In this document: one piece after another, positions 42,199 to 53,097 of the stretch | Numbering within the stretch: position 1 is the stretch's first letter | Layout of the letters: the number at the start of each line of letters is the position of its first letter | NCBI GenBank assembly: GCA_049971805.1 | Contig: JBMFKU010000003.1 | Coordinates: 1 to 64,000 of the forward strand | DNA from: Caldisphaera sp. | GTDB lineage: Archaea > Thermoproteota > Thermoprotei_A > Sulfolobales > Acidilobaceae | Direction of reading: 5' to 3' | DNA length: 64,000 nt | Position numbers and translations under genes: made by a program | Notes under the pieces: generated by a model | The model's database searches: none | The model's input: only the letters and a program-made list of their open reading frames with translations | Told to the model about the DNA's origin: nothing

Positions 42199-43823
42199 AT
42201 ATTTTTCTTAAAAGCCTCTTTTGCTTCTTTGGTTTCTCTTAGCTTAAATCTTTGTATCTTCCCGCTTTCTGTTTTAGGCAAAGTATCGACAAATTCTATT
42301 TCTTCTAAGTGAACATGCTTTGAATATTTATTTCTTACAAACTCAATTAATTCCTTTTTAAGTTTCTCGCTTTGCTCATAGTTTTTCTTTAAAACAACGA
42401 ATGCCTTTAATACATGCCCCCTAACAGGATCTTCAATTCCAACAACAGCAGATTCAAGCACGGCTGGATGCTCTATTAACGTACTTTCTACTTCAAATGG
42501 GCCAACCCTATAACCAGAGACCTTTACTACGTCATCTGTTCTGCCTACAAACCAAAAATAGCCATTATCATCAATCTTAGCTTCATCCCCTGTTAAATAC
42601 CATTCGCCATTAAATGAGCTTTTAGTTCTATCCGGCGCATTTAAGTATCCCATAAATTGAAAACCTTCATTTCTAGAATAAACAGCTATGATTCCTTCGT
42701 TGTTTTTATCTCCTATTACTGAAACTTGATATCCTGGTGCTGGTAATCCAGCACTACCAATCTTCAGCTCTGCATCGTAACCCCAACCATTATAAACTAC
42801 CATTCCAACCTCTGTTTGGCCATAATGATCCCTAATTGGTATTCCAAAATTTTTTTGGAACCATTTTATTACTTCTGGATTTAGTGGTTCGCCTGCTGAG
42901 CTTATCCTTTTTAGATTTAAGTTATAGTTTCTTGGATCATTAATAGTACCCATAATAAGTCTGAAAGCTGTTGGAGCAAAAGCTAGATTAGTAACTTTTT
43001 GTTGCTCTAAAAATTGCATAAATGAAACTGGATTGAATGGAGAATCAAATACTATTGTGGCTTTATTAAATAACATGGAGCCCAACGGGCCATAGTATAG
43101 GCCATAAGCCCATCCAGAATCGGCTCCATTGAAAAATACATCATCATCCGATAACCCAATACCATATTTCATATATACATAAGTATTTAATAATAATCTC
43201 TTGTTTATCATAGCCCCTTTGGGAGATCCTGTTGTACCACTAGTATATAATAAAATAACTTGCTCATTCATACCTTGTGGAACAGATCTATTTAGCTTTT
43301 CATAAGATGTTGCTTCATCAAAACTTATCATTTTGCCACATTTATCTGGAAATGAGATAACATTTTTTGGAGCTGTCTTCAAATCTTTAATTTTATTGCA
43401 CTGATCGTTTTGAATAAACAATATTTTTGGCTTTATATCACTTGTTCTTATTTCGATGGCTTTCTGGCCAAAAGCTGTAAAAAGAGGCTGATAGATAGCT
43501 CCAAGCTTCCATGTTGCTAACATAATAATTAATTGCTCAAGCTTTTTTGATGCTAATACAGGTACTACATCTCCTTTAATAATGTCTGAGCTTTCTTTCA
43601 TAAAATTTGCTAGTCTCGATGATTTATCCAAAAGCTCATTCCATGTTAGAGTTTCCTTGTTCCAGTTAGAATCTATTCTAATTCCAGCCATATTATCTTT
43701 GTTATTAGCAGATCTTTCATTTATTATATCATATATGTTTTTGCTTCTATATTCTTCCATTTTTAAGAAAGAGTAGACTTCGCTCCAAGAAAAATTTTTT
43801 CTCAACGTCTCATAATCTACCAT
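42195..43823 (-). CDS. AMP-forming acyl-CoA synthetase (short/medium chain)
   Basis: YTSGTTGSPKG, SAGEPL, YGQTE, GRTDDVVK, LPKTESGKIQR. Confidence 0.9.
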   Translation of the reverse strand: MVDYETLRKNFSWSEVYSFLKMEEYRSKNIYDIINERSANNKDNMAGIRIDSNWNKETLTWNELLDKSSRLANFMKESSDIIKGDVVPVLASKKLEQLIIMLATWKLGAIYQPLFTAFGQKAIEIRTSDIKPKILFIQNDQCNKIKDLKTAPKNVISFPDKCGKMISFDEATSYEKLNRSVPQGMNEQVILLYTSGTTGSPKGAMINKRLLLNTYVYMKYGIGLSDDDVFFNGADSGWAYGLYYGPLGSMLFNKATIVFDSPFNPVSFMQFLEQQKVTNLAFAPTAFRLIMGTINDPRNYNLNLKRISSAGEPLNPEVIKWFQKNFGIPIRDHYGQTEVGMVVYNGWGYDAELKIGSAGLPAPGYQVSVIGDKNNEGIIAVYSRNEGFQFMGYLNAPDRTKSSFNGEWYLTGDEAKIDDNGYFWFVGRTDDVVKVSGYRVGPFEVESTLIEHPAVLESAVVGIEDPVRGHVLKAFVVLKKNYEQSEKLKKELIEFVRNKYSKHVHLEEIEFVDTLPKTESGKIQRFKLRETKEAKEAFKKNI

Positions 43824-43968
43824 ATTCCCACCAATATAATTTAGAGCCTTAGATGAATTATAAGTTTATCTCGAGTCTAATCTATGCTATATTTTTAAAT
43901 TAATTAATCTTATAATAAAGCAAAAATGCTATAAATTTTTATCCCTAACATTTAATCAGGATTAAAGG

Positions 43969-44304
43969 GTGAAGAATTTGGGAGAAATAAAAAAGATAAT
44001 ACTTGATACAGCAGAATTTCATCCGTTGCATAAATCATGGATAAATTTAGCACAAACACTATCAAAAATATATAATTTAGAACTAGAAATAAAAACTGAA
44101 GATTACCTTTTTGCTATATCATATGGAGATAAAGATGATATAGGTATGGCATGGTTACCCCAATTATTTGCACAGATGTCCGATGGGAAAATCATTTTAT
44201 TAATGAGTCAGTACCCGTTTGATCCATCAACTACAAAACCAAGTGATTCTATGGCTTTGGAAGAAGGAAAGAAAAAAATAGAGGAATTGAAAAAGGATCC
44301 TTAA
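43969..44304 (+). CDS. Hypothetical protein (possible thioredoxin-like fold without CxxC)
   Basis: 111-aa ORF with WLPQLF cis-Pro-like segment. Confidence 0.7.
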   Translation: MKNLGEIKKIILDTAEFHPLHKSWINLAQTLSKIYNLELEIKTEDYLFAISYGDKDDIGMAWLPQLFAQMSDGKIILLMSQYPFDPSTTKPSDSMALEEGKKKIEELKKDP

Positions 44305-44527
44305 TTAGGTAACCATAATAAAATTGTTTAAAATACTTGATTTTAAATTATTTTGATTATTATTGATAGTATTTTTAGAGGAAAATGTTTAAGATTGAAA
44401 ATATATTTTGATTAAGAAATTATAAATATTTACAAAAAATTTCTTTGATTAACTAATAATTGTTTTTTGTTACAATTTATTTTAAATGTTTTTATATTTG
44501 AAAAACTATTAACTTTATGGGATTAAA

Positions 44528-44956
44528 ATGAGCTCTGATGAAGAGCAAAAGGGAAAAGTATATTTGAATATTTTAATGGAAATAGGCGAAGTTCTTATAG
44601 CGATGATAATTATTGTAACAGTAATAATAGCTGCTTTCCAAACATTTTTTCAAGTTAGTCAAATGATAAAGCTGCAGCCACCTAATAAGGAAGAAATATT
44701 AAATTTAATTGATATATCAGTTATATTGCTTTTAGCATTAGATCTTCTGAGAACAGTAGTTGTGGGCATACTAGAGAAGTCTATTCCTATTAGAAGCATA
44801 ATCGAAGCAGCAATGATTATCATAGTTAGAGAGATGATAGTCAATACTTTAGTTTCAAGTTCGCCACTTTCATTAATATATTTATCTATTTCATTTTTGC
44901 TAATTACTATTGGTTGGGTTCTTACAGAGAAATTTGTTTTTCATGAAAATAAGTAA
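44528..44956 (+). CDS. Phosphate-starvation-inducible PsiE family membrane protein
   Basis: 4 TM; LLALDLLRT and IIEAAMIIIVREMI motifs. Confidence 0.75.
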   Translation: MSSDEEQKGKVYLNILMEIGEVLIAMIIIVTVIIAAFQTFFQVSQMIKLQPPNKEEILNLIDISVILLLALDLLRTVVVGILEKSIPIRSIIEAAMIIIVREMIVNTLVSSSPLSLIYLSISFLLITIGWVLTEKFVFHENK

Positions 44957-45053
44957 TCTTTTTTAAATTAATAGTTGGTTTTAAAAAGTAAAATAATAAT
45001 TTGACTATTTTTCTATTTTACACATATACTATGTTAATTAACTCTTGTTTGTT

Positions 45054-45698
45054 TCATGTTAAATAATTTTGATCCTTAGCTAATTTTCTAAGCATAGGGG
45101 AATATTTTAAAAGTTCTGGTATACTTTTAGGTATTTTTGGTAATATTAGATCTACGGTAGATATTTTTAAAATCCATAATATATTCTCAATTAATGATTC
45201 TAAGCCTGCAGGGCCATTTGATATTGATGATCTTATAGAATCCAAAAGACCAAGCACTATATCTTTATTATACATTGATAATATATTTAAAAGATTAACG
45301 GAATTAGATTTAATGTAAGATTTTTCTATTTTACCTATTAAATATACATAAAAAGTATATCCTTTATTAGTAACTTTGCATTCTTTGTTTAATAGCCTGC
45401 AACCAATGTAGTCTATTGGAATACCATTAATATGATATATTTTTTCAGTTTTAACTTCAAAACTTAGACTAAATTCTACAGCTCCAAATTTATATAGAAT
45501 AAATTTTGGTTGCTTTATTAGGTCTCTAGCAATTTTCCAATAATTTCTTTCTTGATATTCACTTAACCCTATTATTCTTAGTAGTCTAGATGTAGCAAGA
45601 GGCGGATCTCTACATCTTATTTTTTTGTCTATGCAGTTTTTTAATATTGTCTTAGCACAATCTGTTGAACTTTCTAAAAACATTTTTGAAATACGCAT
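45054..45698 (-). CDS. Hypothetical protein
   Basis: 214-aa ORF; no recognised motif. Confidence 0.6.
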   Translation of the reverse strand: MRISKMFLESSTDCAKTILKNCIDKKIRCRDPPLATSRLLRIIGLSEYQERNYWKIARDLIKQPKFILYKFGAVEFSLSFEVKTEKIYHINGIPIDYIGCRLLNKECKVTNKGYTFYVYLIGKIEKSYIKSNSVNLLNILSMYNKDIVLGLLDSIRSSISNGPAGLESLIENILWILKISTVDLILPKIPKSIPELLKYSPMLRKLAKDQNYLT

Positions 45699-45835
45699 CT
45701 TTATTTCATCAAGATATTAAAATCACAGTAGCAATTTTAAGCTTTATTAATTTAAAAAATTTAGTAGATTGCTAAGGTTTAAAATGCGCTATTATGTTTT
45801 ATAGGAACTAGAAGGTTACAAAAAGGTGAAGAAAA

Positions 45836-46666
45836 ATTAACAAAAAATTTACAGAGCTACTAACTATATACATTATTGCTTCTGTATTTCTGTATTTTTT
45901 TGCTAAGGAAGGAACCACATATGCAGATCCCTCTCTTTTAATGATGATTAGATATTTGATATCCGGTCTTATTCTTTTCTCTATATCAAAAAAATTTGTT
46001 ATTAATAAAAATGTTTTATTATTATCTGTATTTACAACTGTTAGTACTCTTTTTTGGGGATATGGACTTGTCTATGTTAGCCCGGCAGTATCTGCAGTGC
46101 TAAGCTATACAATGCCTCTTTTTAGTTTAATTTTTGCCAACGCTATGTTGAAAGAAAAGGCAACTTTATTAGAAATAACAGGCTTAATAATTGGATTTCT
46201 TGGAATTGGTATCTATGGTTATCCATTAGTTAAGGGTTTCACAAAAATAGGGGTAGTATTGACTATAATTAATGCAATATTTTGGGCTTTATTTAGCATT
46301 TACTATAGAAAATTATCTAATTATGATCCGATATCGTTAAATGCTACACAATTTTTGCTAGGTTCTTTATTTATGGGTATTGTTAGCATATTTACTTCTT
46401 ATAAAGATTTTTATTTCTATTGGAATGTAAAGCTATTAGAAAGCATTATCTATATCTCAACGATCGGTGGAGCATTTCAATTTTTGGTTTGGAATTATAT
46501 GTTAAGGTTAGAAAGGGTTAATAGAGTTACTATGTTGGCTTACATAGTCCCGATTGGAACTACGATAGCTCAAGCTTTTCTATTTAAAAAAATTCCAAAT
46601 ATTATTGAGATATTTGGCTTATTTGTTATAATAATTGGTGTAATCATAAGTAGATATAAGAAATAA
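45836..46666 (+). CDS. EamA/DMT family transporter; start uncertain
   Basis: Two EamA repeats (LSYTMPLF...LKEK; YIVPIGT). TM1 is encoded in frame upstream of ATG 45941 back to TGA 45827; ATT at 45836 proposed, or GTG 45826 with a frameshift. Confidence 0.85.
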   Translation: MNKKFTELLTIYIIASVFLYFFAKEGTTYADPSLLMMIRYLISGLILFSISKKFVINKNVLLLSVFTTVSTLFWGYGLVYVSPAVSAVLSYTMPLFSLIFANAMLKEKATLLEITGLIIGFLGIGIYGYPLVKGFTKIGVVLTIINAIFWALFSIYYRKLSNYDPISLNATQFLLGSLFMGIVSIFTSYKDFYFYWNVKLLESIIYISTIGGAFQFLVWNYMLRLERVNRVTMLAYIVPIGTTIAQAFLFKKIPNIIEIFGLFVIIIGVIISRYKK

Positions 46667-46906
46667 AAGCTTAGATTTGTTTAAGCTCAATTTAAATCCT
46701 TTTAAAAAGATATTTAATTTGCAATATGGTTAAAATCTTTATTCCAAAGATTTAAATAAGATTATTGCTTATGTGTTTAATAAGCTGCATATTATTATTT
46801 AATTTTATTAGTAATTACCTTAAGAGAATAATTCATAATAATATAAATAATTAGTTTCCAAAATTTATAACCTGTTTCAAACTTTTTTATCTGGGGTTGA
46901 AAAATA

Positions 46907-48256
46907 ATGTCAGAAATAACGATTGGGAATCCCAAATTACCAAAATGGAGTTCAATACATAGTCATATATCTGGGTTAGGATTAGATGAAAATGGAAAAG
47001 CAAAACCTATAGCAGGTGGTTTGGTGGGCCAAATTGAAGCTAGGGAAGCCTGCGGCCTTATCGTAGAATTGATAAAAGAAGGAAAATTGGGAGGTAAAGG
47101 TATATTATTTGCCGGTCCTAGCGGTACTGGTAAAACCGCTCTAGCAGTAGCCATTGCGAAAGAACTTGGAGAAGACACACCATTTGTTGCAATAAACGCA
47201 AGCGAAATAATTAGTGCGGATAATAAAACTGAAGTGATGACACAGGCTTTCAGAAGGGCAATAGGCATTAGAATGAAAGACATTAGAAAAATAATTAGTG
47301 GAGTGGTAACAGAAATAAAATATTTGAAAAAATCTTCTCCATTCTTTCCAAATCCAATATTAGGTGGGGCAAAGATAACATTAGAAACGAAGTCTGAAAG
47401 TAGAGATGTTTCAGTAGGTCCTGAAGTGGCATCTCAATTCCAATCTTTGGGAATAAGAAAAGGTGATCTGATAATGATAGATGCAGAGACTGGAGAAGTA
47501 AGAAGGTTAGGAAGGGTTAAAGAAAAAAGCAGTCTAGGATTTGATGTTGATATTGAAAAGCAAGTTGATATGCCTGATGGAAAGATACAAACAACAAAAG
47601 AAATAGTCAGAACTTTTACTCTTCATGATATCGATATATCTATAGCGGCACAAAGGGTTGCATTTACAATTTTTGGTTTTCTTTCTGAAGAAAGGGGAAT
47701 TGATGATCAAATAAGAAGGCAAACAGATGAGATGGTTAAAAAATCAACTCAAGAAAATAAGGCTCAGCTTGTACCGGGTATATTGTTTATTGATGATGCT
47801 CATATGTTGGACATAGAGGCTTATAGTTATTTGACAAAGGCTATGGAAAGCGAATATGCTCCTATCATAATTTTAGCTACAAATAGAGGTATAACAACAA
47901 TTAGGGGTACGGACGAAAAAGCTCCTCATGGAATGCCTAAAGATTTGCTTGATAGATTATTAATTGTATTAACCAAACCTTATAATCAAGAAGAAATTAT
48001 GAATATAATTAAAATAAGATCTGATGAGTTAGATATACCATTAACTGATGAGGCTCTAAATCTTTTAACAAAAATAGGTGTTGAAAGAAGTTTAAGATAT
48101 TCATTGCAACTTTTAGATCCTGCAAAGGTGTTTGCAACTAGAAGAAACTCTATAAAAGTAGATGCGATAGATATTGAAAATGCATCAAAATTGTTCTCAG
48201 ACATAAAAGAAAGTTCTGAATTTTTGGAAAAGTATAAAGACTTAATGTTAAGATGA
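46907..48256 (+). CDS. TIP49/RuvB-like AAA+ ATPase (archaeal RUVBL homolog)
   Basis: HSHISGLGLD, GLVGQ, GPSGTGKT, FIDDAHMLD, ATNRG, SLRYSLQL. Confidence 0.93.
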   Translation: MSEITIGNPKLPKWSSIHSHISGLGLDENGKAKPIAGGLVGQIEAREACGLIVELIKEGKLGGKGILFAGPSGTGKTALAVAIAKELGEDTPFVAINASEIISADNKTEVMTQAFRRAIGIRMKDIRKIISGVVTEIKYLKKSSPFFPNPILGGAKITLETKSESRDVSVGPEVASQFQSLGIRKGDLIMIDAETGEVRRLGRVKEKSSLGFDVDIEKQVDMPDGKIQTTKEIVRTFTLHDIDISIAAQRVAFTIFGFLSEERGIDDQIRRQTDEMVKKSTQENKAQLVPGILFIDDAHMLDIEAYSYLTKAMESEYAPIIILATNRGITTIRGTDEKAPHGMPKDLLDRLLIVLTKPYNQEEIMNIIKIRSDELDIPLTDEALNLLTKIGVERSLRYSLQLLDPAKVFATRRNSIKVDAIDIENASKLFSDIKESSEFLEKYKDLMLR

Positions 48257-48269
48257 AATTCAAATAGTA

Positions 48270-49181
48270 TTAAATATAACCAAATCTTCTTAAAAATTCT
48301 CCCATTGATTCTATTAATCCTTTATTAAAAAATGGCTCAATTATATTTGAAACTTTAAGAAGAGGTGCACCCAAGATTTTGTTTTTTATTAATGCTTCTC
48401 TCATCTGATTAGCAATTGAATCATTTATACCTACTCCATATATAGTATGTTTGCTCTCTTCTCTTCTTACTATATCATTTATACCTTCTAAGTTAAAGCA
48501 TTGTGATGCAGCGACTATCATCATTGCTATTTTTGTTACTGGAACCCTTCTTAAATATCCTTTAATTCCTCCAGATGCTACATAATCCATAATTGTCTTA
48601 TTATCTGGCAAAAACTTTACTCCATCTACTTTAATACCTTGTTCTTTAGCTTCATTTTTTAGCCATTCAACTCTTTCATAACTGCTTTCACTATTACTTT
48701 TTGCTACAATTTCTATACCATAGTCTCCTATGTAGTTTCTGTCAGGTAAATATAGTATATTTTCTGTATTAATCTCAATTTTAGCTATTAATCCCTTTTC
48801 AAGCTCTTCAATAATTTTTTCTTGTAGCTTTGAAGTTAAACCTATAACTAATAGACTAGGAATTACAGCTATTATGCCTCTTCCTTTAGAATATGAGTCT
48901 GACATAAATAAGGCTAGATGTTCAGATCTTTCTCCATTCGGGTATTCTGCTACTCTTTCATATTCATAAATTTCATTAAAATCGAAGGAATCGAGTATTG
49001 TGTTATAAATTGGTATTTCATCAATACTAGGTTCGTGAATGCTTTTAACAACAAGCGATAAACCATTAGGTTCTCTAGCAGATCCTTCAAATTCTAAAAA
49101 ATTTATTCTTTCATCTATTATTCTTGATTTTAAATATAATCTTTTTAAGGCGTTTGAGCATTCATTTATTTCATCTATCAA
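48270..49181 (-). CDS. Hypothetical protein
   Basis: 303-aa ORF with GGAGG SD; likely co-transcribed with DUF211. Confidence 0.7.
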   Translation of the reverse strand: MIDEINECSNALKRLYLKSRIIDERINFLEFEGSAREPNGLSLVVKSIHEPSIDEIPIYNTILDSFDFNEIYEYERVAEYPNGERSEHLALFMSDSYSKGRGIIAVIPSLLVIGLTSKLQEKIIEELEKGLIAKIEINTENILYLPDRNYIGDYGIEIVAKSNSESSYERVEWLKNEAKEQGIKVDGVKFLPDNKTIMDYVASGGIKGYLRRVPVTKIAMMIVAASQCFNLEGINDIVRREESKHTIYGVGINDSIANQMREALIKNKILGAPLLKVSNIIEPFFNKGLIESMGEFLRRFGYI

Positions 49182-49191
49182 TTTTATCCTC

Positions 49192-49482
49192 CTAATCCTC
49201 TAAATTCTTTTCTTCTACTATTCTTTTCCCGCTAATAACTTGATCAATACTATGTATAACACAACCCAAATTTTCTAGCATGTCTTCTACTTTTTCAAAT
49301 GGAATATCATTACCCTCTATTGTTATGTTCAAACCTGCAGTTTCAACGTCCATTTCTTCAACTGTTATGTTTACTCCTTCGATTCCATCTATAGAGGCTA
49401 TAGATTTAGCGACATCTATTATTGACGGTCCTTTAATAGGTTTCATTACATCTAGAACAATTCTTCTAAGTGGTGCACTCAA
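49192..49482 (-). CDS. DUF211 family protein
   Basis: RRIVLDVMKP...GVNITVEEMDVET...IHSIDQV. Confidence 0.88.
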   Translation of the reverse strand: MSAPLRRIVLDVMKPIKGPSIIDVAKSIASIDGIEGVNITVEEMDVETAGLNITIEGNDIPFEKVEDMLENLGCVIHSIDQVISGKRIVEEKNLED

Positions 49483-49568
49483 CTTAATCCCCTAATGATT
49501 TAATATAAAGAAGATTATTAAATTTTTTGAGAAATTATAAACAAATAAATTTTTGCAAACAGTAAAAA

Positions 49569-50225
49569 ATGGGGATAAGATTGATTCAAGGAAAAAGTGC
49601 AATGAGAAGCAGCGAAAGTATAGCAAAAAACCTTTTAGAGCAAATGGGCTTTAGGATAGTCGATTTTCATAAAAAGGTACTTATAAATGGTATTGAAATT
49701 TCTGATGTAGATATAGTTGCTGAAAAAGATGGAAAAAAATATGCAGTTGAAGTTAAAGCTGGTACGGCTGATGTATCATCAATAAGACAAATATATGTAA
49801 ATTCTAAGTTACTTAATATGGAGCCAATTATTATATCTAGAGGATTATCAGATGAAAAGGCAGAAGAATTAGCTAAAACACTTAATGTGAATATTATGTT
49901 AGTTTCTGACCAAATATTGACTAGCTTAGATGAAATTTATGCCTCTTTTAGAGAAGCTTTAACAGATTTTTTAAATGATTTTTTAAAATACATTTCAAAG
50001 TGTAATAGCATAGACGAGCATGAATTAAAAATCCTTTCTGATATTTCTGTTTCTGATGATATTGACATGGCAGCAAAAAATTCTGGCCTTAATTTCGATG
50101 ATTTTATAAAAGAATTATCGATATTGCATAATAAGGGAGTTTTGCCTAAGGGTAGATATGAATATATTTCATTAATATCAAAACTCTTGATAATATTTTG
50201 TAACTTATCTAAAAGTAACAGATAA
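49569..50225 (+). CDS. PD-(D/E)XK endonuclease-like protein (Mrr/YraN-like) with C-terminal helical domain
   Basis: E..A..LL...GF, DVDIVAEK...YAVEVK...IRQ. Confidence 0.75.
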   Translation: MGIRLIQGKSAMRSSESIAKNLLEQMGFRIVDFHKKVLINGIEISDVDIVAEKDGKKYAVEVKAGTADVSSIRQIYVNSKLLNMEPIIISRGLSDEKAEELAKTLNVNIMLVSDQILTSLDEIYASFREALTDFLNDFLKYISKCNSIDEHELKILSDISVSDDIDMAAKNSGLNFDDFIKELSILHNKGVLPKGRYEYISLISKLLIIFCNLSKSNR

Positions 50226-50233
50226 AAAATTTA

Positions 50234-50881
50234 TTAGTTTCTGTAAGCATAAATTCTAACTATTAATACAAATATAATAAATATTGGGATTAACAATAGC
50301 TCGTTCAATTCATAGACATTTTCTATATACCAGAATAAGGAAAAAGAAAGGAGCAAACTTGAAACAAATAATTTCATGAGAGGTACCCTAATCTTTGAAA
50401 TTTTTTCCTTTAGAATATAACCTATCATAATTATCAATATAATCGCTATTATAAAACCAAGAAATGTGGAAGAAAAGCTGATTGGTAAAAGTGCTATTAA
50501 AACGATAGCTGCTTCTAACGATTCAATTAGGCCAACAGTAAATCCTGCTATAAAAAAATCCTTATGCTCGTCTTCTTGTTTAAAATTTGCTTTTTTCCTT
50601 GATCTTAACACTGTTCTATGTGTGCTTCTAGCCAATCTCAACCCAAAATATAAAAGGAGGGATGCAGCTGTAATTCTTATATAAAATATTGGTAATAATG
50701 CTATATATTTGCCTGCTATAAATGTAGGAATCAATATTATGATTGCTCCTAAAGCAACTGATATAAAATTTAACATTTTATGCGTGTCTAAATATAAGGC
50801 TATTCCCATTGCAGTTGCTTCGCTAAGTTCTAGCAATGTAATGCCCAATGCAGCAAATACAATTGCAATATTAAAGATCAT
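50234..50881 (-). CDS. COG4280-like (TMEM165/GDT1 / FTR1-related) membrane protein
   Basis: Two repeats with ITLLELSEA and GLIESLEA motifs; about 6-7 TM. Confidence 0.7.
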   Translation of the reverse strand: MIFNIAIVFAALGITLLELSEATAMGIALYLDTHKMLNFISVALGAIIILIPTFIAGKYIALLPIFYIRITAASLLLYFGLRLARSTHRTVLRSRKKANFKQEDEHKDFFIAGFTVGLIESLEAAIVLIALLPISFSSTFLGFIIAIILIIMIGYILKEKISKIRVPLMKLFVSSLLLSFSLFWYIENVYELNELLLIPIFIIFVLIVRIYAYRN

Positions 50882-51375
50882 TAAGCATTTTCCTCTAATA
50901 ATTTATCATCAAGCTCTATTTTTAATTTCTCAAGCTCATTTAGCACATTTTTCCTGAATTCAAGAATATAGGATTTAGGGACTAGTTTTTCAGAATTTTT
51001 TAAAACTATTTCTTCTACTATGGCATATTTTTTGTATGTTTCATTTAATTTCCTCCATTCTACCCCTTTTAATGATTCTTCTACATTTTTATCTCTAGGT
51101 AAGATATTAGCTAGCATTAATACTGCTATTATTGGATATCCAACATAGCCTCTTAATTTTGTACCATTATCATCACTGTAAACTTTAAAATGATTATTCC
51201 CTTCATTCTTTATTATAACGTTATATTTTCTATCTCCTTCGCTGCTGATAACCTTTGCAACTATTAAGTTATTTTCTGTTTTATCTATTTTTATTCTATT
51301 ATCAGCTATTGAACCAGCTGCTTCCAATATCTTGATTTTAGGCGGATCTCTTAACTCTTGCAATTTATACACCAT
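50881..51375 (-). CDS. Conserved-looking hypothetical protein
   Basis: PPKIKILEAAGSIAD, SSEGDRKY, SDDNG...GYVGYP pattern; function unknown. Confidence 0.7.
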   Translation of the reverse strand: MVYKLQELRDPPKIKILEAAGSIADNRIKIDKTENNLIVAKVISSEGDRKYNVIIKNEGNNHFKVYSDDNGTKLRGYVGYPIIAVLMLANILPRDKNVEESLKGVEWRKLNETYKKYAIVEEIVLKNSEKLVPKSYILEFRKNVLNELEKLKIELDDKLLEENA

Positions 51376-51485
51376 ATACTATGTTAAGTATTAATATATT
51401 TAATTTATAATGGTTATTTAGTTATAAGAAGAAAAGTTTATAACTGTTAATTGGATAAGCTATTATTGTTTTATGTGGCTGTAAG

Positions 51486-51845
51486 GTGGGAAATACGGAA
51501 TCAATAATTAAAAATGATGTTAACAAACATAATGAATTTGATATTAGAGTAAAATTTGTTTATAGTTATTTATTAAATATTAAAAGTGGATTAATAAATA
51601 AAAATCATTTTTGTGATGATTTTAATTGGAATAATATAGACTGCAGTAATATTAGAAAGGTCATTGAATGGATAGCATGTAAAAGTGCATTGGAAATATA
51701 TCCTGACAATTATTATATTCATATAGAGGATAAGACTATAATAAGATCAATAAACGAGGCATTAAATAAATGTGAAAATGATTTCATAAGAGAGGCTTTA
51801 CTAAACATGGAAAAGAAATTAAATACCTATGTAAATTCATTATGA
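51486..51845 (+). CDS. Hypothetical protein
   Basis: 119-aa ORF; no motif. Confidence 0.5.
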   Translation: MGNTESIIKNDVNKHNEFDIRVKFVYSYLLNIKSGLINKNHFCDDFNWNNIDCSNIRKVIEWIACKSALEIYPDNYYIHIEDKTIIRSINEALNKCENDFIREALLNMEKKLNTYVNSL

Positions 51846-52721
51846 TTATTATTTTTTATATTAAATTTATTTTTATTATTTTTAAAAATTAATTTTTGGG
51901 AGCTACCTTTAATTTTTAATTCTTTTGTTATTAGCGATAAATAATTTAGTGTTTATTTGATATTATATTGATTTATAGATCTCTAAAATTCAAGATAAAA
52001 ATAATTCCGTATCTTATCTTTTGGTTGTCTTGAATAAAGTTTTTCCTTCTATAAAATTCCTATTAACACAATATAGTGTGAACCTATTTCGTGATTTACA
52101 ATAAAGATATCATCGCTATATTTTCCAATTCATTAATCTTTTTGGTCTAGAAATAAACCTTTTTATGTTTAAGCTATCTTGTATGTTAAATAATAGCATT
52201 TTTCAACTTGTATAGATTGGCTATACTTATAAATCAAATCATGAAACTTATTATATTCGAAGGCACTAAAATGTATTTTTGGTTTTGCTTTCAATATGTA
52301 TTATTTTCTTAATATCTGACATTTTTATTTTGTTTTGGTTTTTTTGAATAGCATAATAATTTAAATAAACTTTTTTTATTTCAAATAATTTTTAATGTTC
52401 ATGTTATTTGCTAAGGCAGTATTAATAGTCTTTTTCTACATCGTGGTTAACATAAATATTCAAGTTTAAACAAGCTGACTAATTTACATTTATCAGGACT
52501 TTCTGCTGTTTTCTATAGGGATAATACCAATACCATGTTTTAAAACCTAAATAAAAAGATTAGAGATGATTAACTTAGCCATCTTTCTATTAAATACAAA
52601 GCTTGAAGTCTAATGAGCATAACTAGCTTCTGGGACCAGGTAATAAATTTTACTTAAACTACTTAATTAATATTTATATAAATAGGTTTTCAGCTCTTTA
52701 AACTAAATCATCTATTATTAA

Positions 52722-52796
52722 TGGGCCCGGCGGGATTTGAACCCGCGATCTTCAGCTCCGGATGCTGACGCTCTATCCTGACTGAGCCACGGGCCC
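52722..52796 (-). tRNA. tRNA-Arg (anticodon CCG), no intron, CCA not encoded
   Basis: GGGCCCG TG GCTC AGTCAGGATA GAGC G TCAGC ATCCGGA GCTGA AGATC GCGGG TTCAAAT CCCGC CGGGCCC A; all four stems pair. Confidence 0.93.
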
Positions 52797-53097
52797 ATTT
52801 ATATTTATTTAAAAGGATTTAGAGTAATTAAATTGTTTTGTTTAAAATTATTTATTTTGTTTTATTTCGTTTTTCTCTTAATTTAATAGAAGCATTATAT
52901 TCTATTGATTTAAATCTTTTATCGATTTCAATTACTTTTATTTTATTATCCCTATTAACTATGTATGCCTTTCTATGGACTGAAAGAGTAACTTCCTTTT
53001 CTTTGTTCTAATAGCTGCAAACAACCACTTGGGCATGTTTGTTTCATCATTATTGATCCTTGAGATAACGATTGATTCTTTTTTAAACTGTTTCTAG

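Noticed and set aside
52688-52715. AGATGA-N14-CTGA on the minus strand just after the tRNA (C/D-box-like)
   Set aside because: Only half a guide with an imperfect C box; expected by chance in AT-rich DNA.
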